Shown one piece after another: positions 42,771 to 58,086 of a stretch of DNA of 64,000 nucleotides; the first letter of the stretch is position 1, and each line of letters opens with the position of its first letter. A program made the translations under genes and the position numbers. Source of the stretch: the human T2T-CHM13v2.0 reference genome, Homo sapiens; NCBI RefSeq assembly GCF_009914755.1, contig NC_060928.1; one strand, given 5' to 3'. The notes beneath the pieces are model-generated. The model worked only from the letters and a program-made list of their open reading frames with translations. It did no database searches and had not been told where the DNA came from.

Positions 42771-43494
42771 ACATGCCAAAGAGAGAGAAAAAAAATGTTT
42801 GTTGTTGTTCTTCTCTTTCTAATCTTTGCCCAACAAGACATTTGATTAAGCATTAGAATCTACCTCCAAAGTATTGCAAGACAGGCTAGTCTTTCAGGAA
42901 ACACCAAACAGAAGAGATGAGAAATTAAAGGTTTGAAATCACAAAGTCAAGAAAAGTAAAGGCTGACTGGTCAGGGTTGTGGTGGGGTGGGGTGGGTCCT
43001 TTATGGCAACAGGCACACAGGACTGATGCAGAACCTGAAACTGAGTATTCAATAAGCTAAAGGGCTATTAACGTAATGTTCTTAACAAATAAATCTCAAA
43101 GTGGGGTAGAAGCAGCAGAATAAAGGAGCTCTATCTAACCAAATGAGGGGCAGGTGTAATCAGAAAAAGTAACATTAAGCAGGTTTACAACAAGAGAAAA
43201 GTCAGGGAAACAAAAGCAGACATAACAACACCAACTCTCATTTAGTGAGTACTTATAAGTACTTACAATGCATCAGAAACTGTGGACATTCATCATCTCA
43301 TATAACCATCAGAAATATTATCAAATCAGGCTGGGCACTGTGGCTCACACCTGTAATCCCAGTACCTTTGGAGGCATGTGGATCACTTGAGCCTAGGAGT
43401 TTGAGATCCACCAGGGCAACAAAGTGAAATCCCATCTCTACCAAAATAATACAAAAATTTTGTCCAGCATGGTGGCGCTTGCCTGTAGTCCCAG

Positions 43495-44900
43495 TGATTG
43501 GGGGAACCCCCCCCCAATATTTCAATGTAGGTTCTTTCTATTTTCCATAAGTGTTGGCTGGCTGAGAAATACAGAGAAAGAGTACAAAGAGAGGAATTTT
43601 ACAGCTGGGCCTCCCGGGGTGACATCACATATCGGCAGGACTGTGATGCCCACTTAAGCTGCAAAACCAGCAAGTTTTTATTAAGGATTTCAAAAGGGGA
43701 GGGGGTGTAAGAACAGGGAGTAGGTCACAAAGATCACACGCTTCAAAGGGCAAAAACGAGAACAAAGATCACAAGGCAAAGGGCAAAAGCAAAGATCACA
43801 AGGCAAAGGGCAAAAGCAGAATTACTGATAAGGGTCTATGTTCAGCAGTGCATATATTGTCTTGATAAACATCTTAACAGAAAACAGGGTTCAAGAGCAG
43901 AGAACCAGTCTGAACAAAAATTTACCAGTCTGGAATTTCCCAATCCTAGTAAGCCTGAGGGTACTGCAGGAGACCAGGGCATATCTCAGTCCTTATCTCA
44001 ACCACATAGGACAGACATTCCCAGAGTGGCCATTTATAGACCTGCCCCCAGGAATGCAATTCTTTTCCCAGAGTATTAATATCAATATTCCTTGCTAGGG
44101 AAAGAATTCAGCAATATCTTCCCTACTTGCACATCTGTTTATAGGTTCTCTGCAAGAAGAAAAATATGGCTTTTTTTGCCCTACCCCGCAGGCAGTCAGA
44201 CCTTATGGTTGTCTTCCCTTGTTCCCTAAAATCGCATTATTCTGTTCTTTTTCAAGGTGCACTGATTTCATATTGTTCAAACACACATGTTTTACAATCA
44301 GTTTGTACAGTTAACACATTTATCACAGGGTCCTGAGGTGACATACATCCTCAGCTTACAAAAATAACAGGATTAAGAGATTAAGACAGGTGTAAGAAAT
44401 TATAAGAGTATTATTTGGTAAGTGATAAATGTCCATGAAATCACAATTTATGTTCCTGTGCCGCAGCTCCAGCCGGTCCCTCTGTTCGGGGTCCCTGATT
44501 TCCTGCAACAGTTTAGCTCTGTGTCCCCACCCACATTTCATGTTGAATCGTGATCCTGAGTGTTGGAGGTGTGGTCTGGTGGGAGGTGACTGGATCATGA
44601 GGGAGTTTTTAATGGCCAGGCACCATCCCCCTAGTGCTGTCTCATGATAAAATTCTCACAAGATCTGGTTATTTAAAAGCATGTAGTACTTCTCCTTTCA
44701 CTCTCTCTATTTCTCTCTTTCCACCATATGAAGGTGCATGCTTCCCCTTCACCCTTCCACCATGAGTGTAAGTTTCCTGAGGCCTCCCTGCCATGCTTCC
44801 TGTACAGCCTCTGGAACTGTGAATCAATTAAAAGTCTTTTATTCATAAACTACCCAGTCTCAGGTAGCTCTTTATAGCAGTGTGAGAATGAACTAATACA
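43495..44900 (+). mobile_element. MSTA-like MaLR LTR (tgat at 43495, body 44511-44900)
   Basis: gtttagctctgtgtccccacccac...ggaggtgactggatcatg...aactaataca; perfect TSD cccag at 43490-43494 and 44901-44905. Confidence 0.85.
43498..44510 (-). mobile_element. MER11 solo LTR (ERVK, HML-8)
   Basis: reverse strand begins tgttgcaggaaatcagggaccccgaacagagggaccggc and ends ...tgaaatattgggggggggttccccc; internal 27-bp duplication caaagatcacaaggcaaagggcaaaag. Confidence 0.9.
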
Positions 44901-45276
44901 CCCAGCTACTCCAGAGACTGAGGTAGGAGGATCCTGTGAGAGACTGAGGTAGTAGGATCCTGTGAGCCCTAGAGATTGATTCTGCAGTGAGCCATGATTG
45001 CACCAATGCACTCCAGCCCTGTCTCAAAAAAGAAAGAAGAAAGAAAGATTACCAAATCCCCCAAGTTTCCTCTGCTAGGATTTAAACCTAGGTAAGACTG
45101 ATTCCAGGATATATTGTAACTTATGTGATAATTGGAAATGGAAGAATGCCTATTAAATAAAATCAGTTTCATTAGTCGTAAGTTCTTTTATGACTGGTCA
45201 CTTCAAGGATTCAGACAACAAGCAATCAGTTCCCTCATGCCATGTAACATGTTCATGGTATTGTATGTTTGTATTA

Positions 45277-45609
<333 letters not shown>

Positions 45610-45703
45610 TTAAACTATTTATCCCATCTTCTTTTTAAAAGGCGAAGGTTTATATAATGTGTCTTTGAAAGATTTCCATTTATTACTGTATACTTAATAA
45701 TGA

Positions 45704-46297
45704 TGAAATGGCTTCATTGTCTGGGGTAAATACCCAGGATTTGTTTCTTGCATCAAGAAAATCTAGGACATGGACACACACACAAGGAGTTTAGAAGTAG
45801 AGGTTTAATAGGCACAAAAGGAAAAAGGAGAATAGCTCACCTTCTCTCTAGTTAGAGGAGAGGGGCTTCCAAGAGAAAAAGGCTGGCCAGCAGTGGAGTT
45901 TGCCAGATTTTATAGATAGGTTTGAGAGGTGATGTCTGATTTACATAGGGCCCACAGAATGGCTCAATCAGGTGTGATGTGATGTTTACACAGGTGTGGG
46001 GAAGGCTGGCCACCCCACCCCAATCCTTTTATGCAAATGGGCATTCCCCTTGGCCACGGCCATCTTGTCTGCTCCCTACTGTACATGGTAGCTGACAAAG
46101 AGAAGTGAGGATGAAGCCGCCATTTTGAACATGATTGGCACAATTGCTGGCATCTATGTCTACTGCTCGATTTTACAAGCTGATTTTGTTAGAAAGGAAA
46201 ATGATTTGAGGTTGCTTTTCATTAAAAGGAAAACCTTATCGAGGACTTCTATACCCTCCCTATCTGCCTAAGTAATTTCTTTTTAACTCCTATATCA
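45704..46297 (-). mobile_element. LTR9/MER61-like ERV1 solo LTR
   Basis: reverse strand tgatataggagttaaaaagaaattacttaggcagatag...aagccatttca; perfect 4-bp TSD atga at 45700-45703 and 46298-46301. Confidence 0.8.
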
Positions 46298-46449
46298 ATG
46301 ACACTTTATAAAAATAAACCTTAGTCTGGAAGATAAACTCAGGGGCATCATTTTATTTGCAGCCATAAAGGCCAGTCCTCAACTGTGGCTGAACAGCATC
46401 TCTTATAGCTTGCTCACTTTTAGCACATTTTATCTTCATATTAAGAATC

Positions 46450-46914
46450 TGTGACGTTGCAGGATAGAATTCAAAGAGCTCACATTTTCTGTCTCCTTTG
46501 CAGCTGGGTGCAGACAGGGGACCTAGCTTCTGACAGTAGAAGCACTCATGGAGACACGGATTTGGAAGTGAGCAACATGAGGAAAGTGCCACATAGCGAA
46601 GGCAGTGGCAGGGTGGAAGTGCCAGTGTCCCACCTGACCTCAAATTTTAAGTGCCCAGCAGCAACAGCTGGAGATATTTTTCCTAAAGAAGTCCTTGCCC
46701 CATCCCCCCAAGCCCCTCTTTATTCCTACCTACTTCCACCAAGCCTCTCTTCTGTGGTTTGCCACCAGGCATGGTGGAGTAACTTCCTGGTCTGGCTCTA
46801 GTCCTTCAGGAAATTCTAACCTGATATACTTGTCTGCTTGAATCTAATATACTTGTCTGCTTGATCTAGCCAGCATAGGTTTTGCCGTTTACAACAAAGG
46901 GCCCTGACTGACAC
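46450..46914 (+). mobile_element. LTR33-like ERVL LTR relic
   Basis: ctcctttgcagctgggtgcag...; ends ctagccagcataggttttgccgtttacaacaaagggccctgactgacac. Confidence 0.5.
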
Positions 46915-49094
46915 CCAAACACATCCTCATAAAAGAAGTGCTGTTGAACTAGCTTTTGAAGTAGTGGTATATTGAAGAAGGATGCTGGTTTAGTGAAAAT
47001 TTTACTTCTAAGGATATGTTGAGGGTGCATTTTATCTTAAGATTTTAAACTCATAGAAAGTTAGAGTTTTAAAGACTTAAATAATCATCCTGGTTCTTAC
47101 ATCCTTGTTTTATAGATTAAAAAAAAAAAAACTTGCAACTCAAAGAGGTGAAAAATGACTTAGCCAGAGGCAATACCACTGATAAAATACAAAGCACAGA
47201 CTAAAATCCAGTTTCTCTGACTTGAGTTCAGTGTGTTGTTTTTTTTTTTTTTTTGTTCCCTGTAGGTTCTCTGCTCTCGGCTTTGCCCAGACACAAGGCA
47301 GGGCAAGAATCATGTCTCAGCTAGCTCAATTTGGAATGTCCCCTTCTGGGGTCCGGTTGCCCAGTGGCACGGAAATCAGAAAATGGATTCAAATGTCCCT
47401 GGATGCTGATTCTTGCTCCTTTGGTCAAGTTCCAATTAGGGCCTCATAAAGTTGCAACATTAGGAAACTTATCCCTTCTCCTCCAGCTGCCTTTATATTC
47501 ACTGTAAAAATAATTTTTAAAAAGGGGGAATGTGAAGAGCATTTAGCTTAGATACAAGTTAGATTTGTAGTGAACTGCAGTGCACACTGTTTTCATATGT
47601 CAGTAGGTCTCCATAACCCCAGAAAGATGAAGGCACCACCTTTCATCTTGATTGATAGGGAGAATTCTATTCTGTATCAGAAAGGCCACATTGCATTGTG
47701 CTTAACAAATGGCTCAGGACCTCTACCAAATAGTGAATTATCTTCCGTTGAGCAAGCTATCACTTAGTCTTTTCCAAAACATTGGTTTCTTTATTTGTAT
47801 ATTGGGGTTAAAACATCATATATCTCATAAAGCTATATATAAGAAACAATTCATATAAAGTCCCACAATTATAGTAAGCACTTTAAAAATGCTACATAAG
47901 CTGCACAAATACATATTTGTTAACAGTCATTTACCTTCTTATGCAGTTCTAATCTTACGTTGTTTTTAGAAAACTGCTGATTCTAAGATCTGCTGCCACA
48001 GTATCCAGCTAAGTTCAGGCTAGATATGATAGACAGTCTCCATTTTAGAATGTATCTAGAATAGTATAAGTTCTTTACAGCTGCCCTATTTCCAAGTAGA
48101 GGTTGCACTGTCAGCTGTGTACCAGAGACTAGAGTTGGGGCAGCGGGGCAGGCTTAGATAGAAGGAAAAGAGCAGAAGCTATTTCAAACATTTCTCATAA
48201 AAAACAAATTCAAAGCTCTTAGATCCATTATATGGAAGATATACAGTTGGATATAAATCTTTAATGTGAGAGCAATAATAAATATTACTTTACACAACTG
48301 TTTGGCACTATGTTGAGTTAGGACAAGGCCAGAATTGCCTAACTTCAAGTAAAAATTTCCGCCCACATCTGACATAGCTCGAGCACAATGTTAAATGCAC
48401 TCTAGTTTTTCCTTCCAGTCTACAGACTTCAATTTAGAGACCTGATGACTCTGCCTTCTTACTCCTTATGGCTTTATTTTTACCCTCCTCACTAAAGTAA
48501 ACTTTCTTTTGGGCTGTAGAAAAGAGTAGGTCAGGAGGTTTATCAAAGGCAAGATGACCTTCTCTTCATCATGTTTTAAACCCCCTACTATTAGAGTGGA
48601 ACTGCTCTGAATGTTTCAGAGGTTTGTACTAACAGATTCCAATCAGATGGACACACATCTCTTTTTTTATAAGATTCATAGAGAATAAGATGATGCAGCT
48701 TCTCTTATTAAGATACTGTCTATGTTTAACAATCTGCATCATTAGGACACAGCTAGTTTAAATCCCATAGGCAATTTATTATCAATGCTAATGAACCATA
48801 CTGGATGTCAAAAAGTTAGTGTGAATATATTTCAGTATGGGCAAATTTCTTTGTGAATATATTGCTATTCACATTGAAATCTGCATGCAAATTACAATTC
48901 TACTTCCCTACCTTAACCTTTGATTGTTTCTGATTAATTCTTAGGTTCTTCTGGCATCACCAGTTACACTAATGAAGCAATAATTTGGTTTGTAAAAGTA
49001 TTCCTTGCTGGCTGAACTTGAACTTCAATTTACCATCAACTTTTCCATTCCATATTGTTTTTCCTTGTTATACAAAGTCTATATCTGAACAATT

Positions 49095-49270
49095 CATTGT
49101 GGTAGGCACTAGCCATGTGTAACTATTTATATTTAAATTAATTAAAATGAAATGAAAAATTCAATGCCTCAGTGGCACTAGCCACTTCCTTGGTCCTCAA
49201 TGGACACATGTGGCCAGTGACTACTTATTGGACAATGCAGGGAACATTCCTGTCTAGAGAACATTCAATG
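49095..49270. mobile_element. MER3-like hAT MITE
   Basis: ggtaggcactagccatgtgtaactattt...gcactagccac...acacatgtggccagtgactac...ttggaca. Confidence 0.65.
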
Positions 49271-50875
49271 ATCTAGATTATATGTCAACAAACGGTAAAA
49301 GCAAAGTGATAGTAATATCATTAATTAAAAATGTTTATTATTTGCTAGGCAGTGAAGAGATTTCTTACAGCAATTCTGTGGATTGGATGCCATTATTATT
49401 CTTGTTTTAGAATCTGCAGTGATACGTCTAGTGGGATATAATTATAAACAATCTAAATTTTTTCCCATTGTCTTTTAAATATACTTGGTGGGGTTAGTGG
49501 TGTTCCCTTACACTTATGTGAAAACTTAGGCAGTCTGATTTTGTGATCATTTTAATAAAGTCCTACAATAATTTTAAGTCATCAAACACAATATCAGTTC
49601 AATAATGAACATGTCTGGCCTCATGTAATATCAAAGCTCTGAAGCTGATTTAAAGTTGAGGCTTCTCCCTGCAGCTCTGCCTGTGGCTGGCAGGAAGACA
49701 TCATGGAATAAAGGAGGTTTGGTTGCCTTCTTCCCTTTATCTCTGAGTAGTATTAATATTTCTTTCATCCTCCATCAGCTTGAATACAACAGCTAGTTTT
49801 AAACTAACAGTTTGATAGGCATTTCTGTAGGTTCTCCAATGATTTCCCGTCGCCGAGGATGTCCCTGCATTTCCTTTGCCAAGGTCCAATACATGTCTAT
49901 TCTGTTGGATGAGGAGTTGAGATGTGACTACTTTCACTTTCAGTCCTAATAATTTGACTAGGGTTCTGTTTTCCCAGCTGAGGTCTGTTTGCCCCCTTGG
50001 ACAAACAGACACTAGGACAGATCAGTGATTATTCTATATTGGATCTTCATGATTAACCTCTGATTCATGGGAAACACTCCTACATCCTTTGCCATGAACA
50101 AACTCTAAAAATTTAGATTCGTTTCCACCATTGGAGTGGATAGCCAGCTAGTCATTCATCCTTTAAATCAATCAGACTTGTTGCATGTACCAGCCCACTG
50201 TATCTCCCAAAATTCAGGAGATAAATATTAATAAGACCTCAGAATGGTCACCTTAAAGCTACTGTCTTGTAATTGAGCAGGCTGGTACTCATAGTCTAAT
50301 TCTCTGCAAAGATAATTTCCCAACCTCCAACTCTGAAACTTTTTATACACGTGGATATGCCACGCAATAGAGTGTTTTTAGTACCTCCTCTTTTTTAAGT
50401 ACATACTTCAATAGGTTTTAGTAGATACATAGAGTTGTGCAACCATCACTATACTCAATTTTAAAATAGGTCTTCACCCCAGAAGAAATCCTATAATATG
50501 TTAGCAACCTCTCCCCACTCCTCCTCATAGCCCCAGTCCTAGGCAACAACTAATCTATATCTGCCTCTGTCTATTTGCTTATTCTAAATGTTTCCCATAA
50601 ATGGAATCACACAATATGTAGTCTTATGTAACTGGATTCTTTCATTTAGTGTAATATTTTCAAGGTTCATCCATTTTGTCATATTACATTATATTACATA
50701 ATTGTATTTAGATTTTATTACTTCATTCCTTTTATTGTCAAATAATATTACATTGTTTGGATATGCCACAGTTATCTATCTATTCATCAGTTAATGGACA
50801 TTGGGTTGTTTCTACTTTTTGTCTGTACTAATGCCACTAAGAACATTCATGTAGAAGTGTTTGTGTGAACTATTT

Positions 50876-51163
50876 ATTTATTTATTTATTTGAGATGGAG
50901 TCTCGCTCTCTCACCAGGCTGGTGCAATGGCGCGATCTCGGCTCACCCTCTGCCTCCTGGGTTCAAGTGATTCTCCTGCCTCAGTCTTCTGAATAGCTGG
51001 GATTACAGGCATGCACCAGCACGTCCAGCTAATTTTTGTATTTTTAGTAGAGATGAGGTTTCACTGTGTTGGTCAGGCTGGTCTCGAACTCCTGACATCG
51101 TGATCCTCCCGCCTCGGCCTCCCAAAGTGCTGGGATTACAGGCGTGAGCCACCACGCCCGACC
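50876..51163 (-). mobile_element. AluS (Sg/Sc-like)
   Basis: (TTTA)n tail; perfect 14-bp TSD tgtgtgaactattt at 50862-50875 and 51164-51177. Confidence 0.95.
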
Positions 51164-51613
51164 TGTGTGAACTATTTTACACTTCTCTGAGAAAATACAT
51201 AGAAGTAGAATTGCTGGGTCTTATGGTAACTCTGTGTTTAATGTTTTGAAGAGCTGCCAAATTATTTTCTAAAAAAGAAGATATCATTTTCTATCCCAAA
51301 CAGCCATGCATAAAGATTTCAATTTCTCTCTGTTCTTGTCAACACTTGTTACTATCCGCCTTTAATAAAAAGGGCTATAATAAAATATTTACCCTAGTCC
51401 TAGTAGGTATGTAGTGGTATCCCATGGTGGTTTTGATTTGAATTTCCCTATTGGCTAATGATATTGAGCACCTTTTCTTTTGCTTTTTGAACAACTGTGT
51501 ATCTTCACTGAAGAATTATCTTGTCAGATCCTTTGCCTTCTTAAAAATTTGGTTATCTTCTTATCCTTTCCTTGTAGAGTTTCTTCAGTATTTTTTAAAA
51601 AAATCTATTATCA

Positions 51614-51948
<335 letters not shown>

Positions 51949-52769
51949 TCAAATATATGTTCCATTATATTTTTGATTGAATGTTTACAGCACTAAAGTT
52001 TTTAATTTTGTTAAAGCCCAATATACGTATTTTTTCTTCTGTCATTTGTGCTTTGGTATCATATATAAGGTTTTTTTTTACCCCAAGTTCGCCAACAATC
52101 CAAGTTTACTTATAATGAAACTTGTAAGAATTGTATACTTTTAGCTTATAGTTAGGTCTATGATTCACCTTGAGGTACTTTTGTGCATGATCTGAGGTAA
52201 AGGTCCAGCTTCATTCTTTTGCATATGGGTATCTAGTTGTTCTGCTACCATTTGTTGAAAAGATCACTCTTTACTATACTGAATTGTTGTGGTACCGATG
52301 TAGGACATTTGACTATAAATAAAAGAGACTATTTTGGGCCCCTCAGTTCTGTTTCATTGATCTATAAGTTTGTATTCATGCCAATATCACACTGTCTTGA
52401 TTGCTATAACTCTGTAGTAAGTTTTCAAATCAGGAAGTATGAGTCTTCCAACTTTGTTCTTTTTAAAAGATTGTTTTGGCTATTCATTTCCACATGAATT
52501 TTAGGAATGGCTTGCCAATTTCTGCAAGAAGAAAAGGTGGAATTATGATAGGAATACATTGAATCTATATGTAGATCAATTTGGGGAATACTGCCATCTT
52601 AATAATGTTAATTCTTCTGATCCGGGAATATGGAATGTTTTTCCATTTATTTAGGTCTTCTCTTACTCCTGTCAGCAATATTTTGTAGTTTTCAGGGTAC
52701 AAATTTTGTGCTTTTGGGATTAAATTTATTCCTTAGTATTTTAATTGTTCAATGCTATTGTGTAGGAAA

Positions 52770-53078
52770 TTTTTGTGTGTGTGTTTTGTTTTGTTTTTTT
52801 GAGAGGAAGTCTCATTCTGTTGCCCAGGCTGGAGTGTAGTGGCATGATCTCAGCTCACTCTGCAACCTCCGCCTCCCTGGCATGAGCGATTCTCATGCCT
52901 CAGCCTACTGAAGTAGCTGGGATTACAGGCATGCGCCACCACAGCTAATTTTGTATTTTTAGTAGAGACTGAGTTTCACCATTTTGGCCAGGCTGATTTC
53001 AAACTCCTGACCTCATGTGATCTGCCTCCTCAGCTTCCCAAAGTGCTGGGTTACAGGCGTGAGCCACCATGCTTGGCC
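52770..53078 (-). mobile_element. AluS-like
   Basis: gtctcattctgttgcccaggctggagtg...gtgagccaccatgcttggcc. Confidence 0.92.
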
Positions 53079-53866
53079 TGGGAATTGTTTTCTTAATTAC
53101 ATATTCTAGTTTTTCATTTCTAGTGTACAGAAATACAAATGATCTTTGTGTACTGATCTTACATTCTTCAAACTTTCATAACTCTTTCATGTTTCTAATA
53201 GGTTTGGGGCATTCTTAAGAATTTTCTATATTCAGGATCATGCCATTGGCAAATAGAGTTTTCCTTCCTTTTTTCCCATCTGAATGCATTTAATTTTAAT
53301 TTTTATTTATTTATTTAGTTATTTATGTAGTTAGTTAATTAGTTAGTTAGTTTTTGCCTAATTGCCCTGACTAGAACTAGAACCTTCAGCGCAATATTGA
53401 ATAGAAGTGATGAGAACATACATCCTTGCTTTGTTCCTGATCTTAGGGAGAAAGCGTACAAACTTTTATCAGTAATATGTTAGCTGTGGGTTTGTGATAG
53501 AAGCCTTTTCTTTGATTGAGAAAGTCCCCTTCTATTCCAAGTTTGTTGAGTGTTTTAATTATAAAAATATGTTGGGTTTTTTCAAACGCTTTTTCTGTTT
53601 CTATAATGATATATTTCTTTTTCTTTATTCTGTTAATATGGAATTACATTAATTGATTTTCAAATGTTAAGTAACCTTGCATTCCTGGGATAAGTCCAAC
53701 TTCATTATGGGGTATAATTATTTTTATATGTTGCTGGATTCAGTTTGCTTGTATTTTGTTCAGGATTCTGGCATGTATATTCATAAGAATACTGCTTGGA
53801 GGTTTTCTTTTTTATTACCTTTTTGCTAGGTTTGGATCAGGGTAATACTGATCTCATAGAAAGTGT

Positions 53867-53950
53867 CCCCCCCTCCTCCTCCTCCTCCTCATCTTCCTCC
53901 TCCTCCTCCTCCTCCTCCTCCTTCTCCTCCTCCTCCTCCTTCTTCTTCTT
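53867..53950 (+). repeat. (TCC)n/(TTC)n polypyrimidine trinucleotide repeat
   Basis: about 84 nt of imperfect CCT units ending in TTC units, within the L1. Confidence 0.95.
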
Positions 53951-55219
53951 TTTAAAAATTCATATTAATTGTTCTTTAAATGTTTGGTAGAATTCACTAG
54001 TAAAGCCATCTGGGCCTGGGATTTTTTTAATTAAAATTTTTGTTTAAATTACTAATTCAATCTTTTTTTCTTGGTATAGATCTATTCACATTTTCTATTT
54101 CCTCATGAGTTGGTTTTGGTAGCTAATGTCTTTACAGAAATTTGTCGATTAAATTACCTCATGGGTTGGCATGAAGTTTTTTTATGTGTTAATAATGCTT
54201 TTTATTTTTATAAACCTGGTGGTAATGTTCTTCTTTCATGTATGATTTTAGTATTTTGAGTCTTCTCTCTTTTCTTGATCAGTCTATCTAAAAGTTTGTC
54301 AATTGTGTTGATCTTTTCAAAGAAACAACTATTGCTCTTATTGATTTTCTCTGTTGTTTCTTTATTCTCTATTTTATTAATTTCTATTCTAATTTGTATT
54401 ACTTCATTCTTCCCACTTTAGATTTATTTGTTCTCCTTTTTTCAGTGCCATATGGTGGAAGTATAGGTTATGATTTAAGATATTTCTCTTTTTAATATAG
54501 ATATTTACAGCTATCAATTTTTCTCTGAGCAGTACTTTCACCACATTTCAAGTTTTGTTATATTGCATTTGTATTTTCATTCATCTCAGCATTTTCTGAT
54601 TTCTCCAGTGATGTCTTATTTGCTGCATTGGTTATTTAGAACAATGTTATGCAATTTACACATATTTGTAATTCTCCCATCTTTTCTTCTCTTATCAGTT
54701 TGTAGCATACTTGATATAGTTTCGATCTTTTTACACTTATTAAGGCTTTTCTTAATGGCCTAACATATGGATCTACCCTGAAGAATGTTCCATGTGCCCT
54801 TAAGAAGTACATTTTGCTGTTTGTGGGTATAGTGTTCTGCAGATGTTTGTTTAGTATAGTTGGTTTATAGTCCTGTTCAAGTCTTCTATTTGCTTGTTGA
54901 TCTTCTCCATAGTGAACTATTATGAGTTGTCTATTTCTTTCTTTAGTTCTGCCATTTTTGCTTCGAGTCCTTTGGGCCCTGTTAGTTGCATACCTGTTTT
55001 TAAGTGTTACATTGTCTTAATGGATTAATCCTTTTATCACTCTACAACCTTCTTCATTGAGTACCTCCTTTGAAAATGTGCACCCTGGTCTGAAACTTCA
55101 TTTTGGCATATGATATTTTGATGGCTTTCATTTTAACATTCTGTTCTATAGAGGTTTAGTTACTTGTCCAGTGTTGGACACCCAGTAAGGGACAGGCCCT
55201 GGGAGGTAATTCTTTATCA

Positions 55220-55552
<333 letters not shown>

Positions 55553-55929
55553 AAAGTTGGTACGTACTCTTATGCTAATTTTTAAAGTAGTTCCTGCTTT
55601 TTCTCTTGCCCTAAATCATTAGGTGAGAACCTAAATATCTGATAATTCAATGCCCTTGGGAAAAACAGGAGCTGAAATGCATGAGCTTTAGAATCACATG
55701 GACTTGACTGACCATACCAGTCCCTCTAATTACTGACGATTTCATCCCTCTGAGCTGTAGCTCCCTCATCTTCCTTTTTAAAATTCTTATAAAAAGCACA
55801 TGAAATATTCTATGTAAGATATATAAATTATCAAGGTAACTTGTATATCATAGCTTAATAACTATTAATGTCATTGAAATTGTCTCTTTTCCTGGTTAAG
55901 CAATTCTAATTTACTTAAATTCACTTCAA

Positions 55930-57200
<1,271 letters not shown>

Positions 57201-57774
57201 TTAAAGGAGATAAAGAAGAGAAAAAAATTGGTAAGGACAAAGGACAAATAGAACAGTAATGGAAGAAGGTAGGAGAAATACCCCTGGGTATTTTCAAAAG
57301 AGAATAGAAATGAAGTCAGAAGAATTCAGCACTAGAGCATGTCTTCTCTGTGAGTCATTAGGTTTGTCAGATAAAGGAAAAGGAACACCCAGCAGTATTG
57401 CTTGTCTCCTTTGGGAAGGATGCTTCTGCAACTGTGGACACCTTACTATGTCTGTAATCTTTCATTTCTATTCTGCTTTTATGTGCCAAATAGTATTCAC
57501 TTTTTCTATGGCAAGTATCACTCTGCATTTTCACTGCCCTGGAAGAAAGGCATTAACAGTGTCAGAGACATCAGATTCCAATCAAGCTTACTCTTGAAAA
57601 TTAAATACCTGAGCATTTGGTTTAAAAATTGGTCAATTGGTTGCCACCAGAGTAAACCATCACAAAAGCTAATTTGGTAGATGGTCATAAATCTCCATCC
57701 CATTAGACATGTTCATTCCTAGATGATATTTAATAAACATGAAAGATCATTCTATCTTCTGGACTTAAAAATGA

Positions 57775-57871
57775 CTGTAATCCCAGGTTTGCAGGAGGCA
57801 GAGGCAAGAGGGGCTTGAGCCCAGGAGTTGGAGACCATCCTGGGCAACACAGTGAAACGATGTCTCTACAG

Positions 57872-57910
<39 letters not shown>
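57775..57910 (+). mobile_element. 5'-truncated FLAM/AluJ left monomer with an A39 tail
   Basis: ctgtaatcccag...cttgagcccaggagttggagaccatcctgggcaacacagtg...tctctacag then A at 57872-57910. Confidence 0.85.
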
Positions 57911-57912
<2 letters not shown>

Positions 57913-58086
57913 CAATGGAGGTAAAGAAAAACAAATGAGAAATAGGCCTACTATGTATTCATTGTGTGTGATGCATCCCTTCTCTACCAATTGGCATATG
58001 ATTTATCAAAGGATAAACTGCACAGCAACACACACAAAGCATAGAAGAAACAAACTATAAAATATACTCTTGTAGATGTTGTGTAT

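Larger units (their letters stand above)
43329..45045 (+). mobile_element. AluJ split into 43329-43494 and 44901-45045 by MSTA/MER11
   Basis: left part ends gcctgtagtcccag; right part resumes cccagctact...tgcagtgagccatgattgcacc, then an A-rich tail. Confidence 0.88.

Noticed and set aside
43730-43820. Repeated aaagatcac...aagggcaaaa units resembling a repeat array
   Set aside because: Internal tandem duplications of the MER11 LTR; no unique spacers and no cas genes, so not CRISPR-like
53796-53990. Poly-serine ORF
   Set aside because: Translation of the (TCC)n microsatellite
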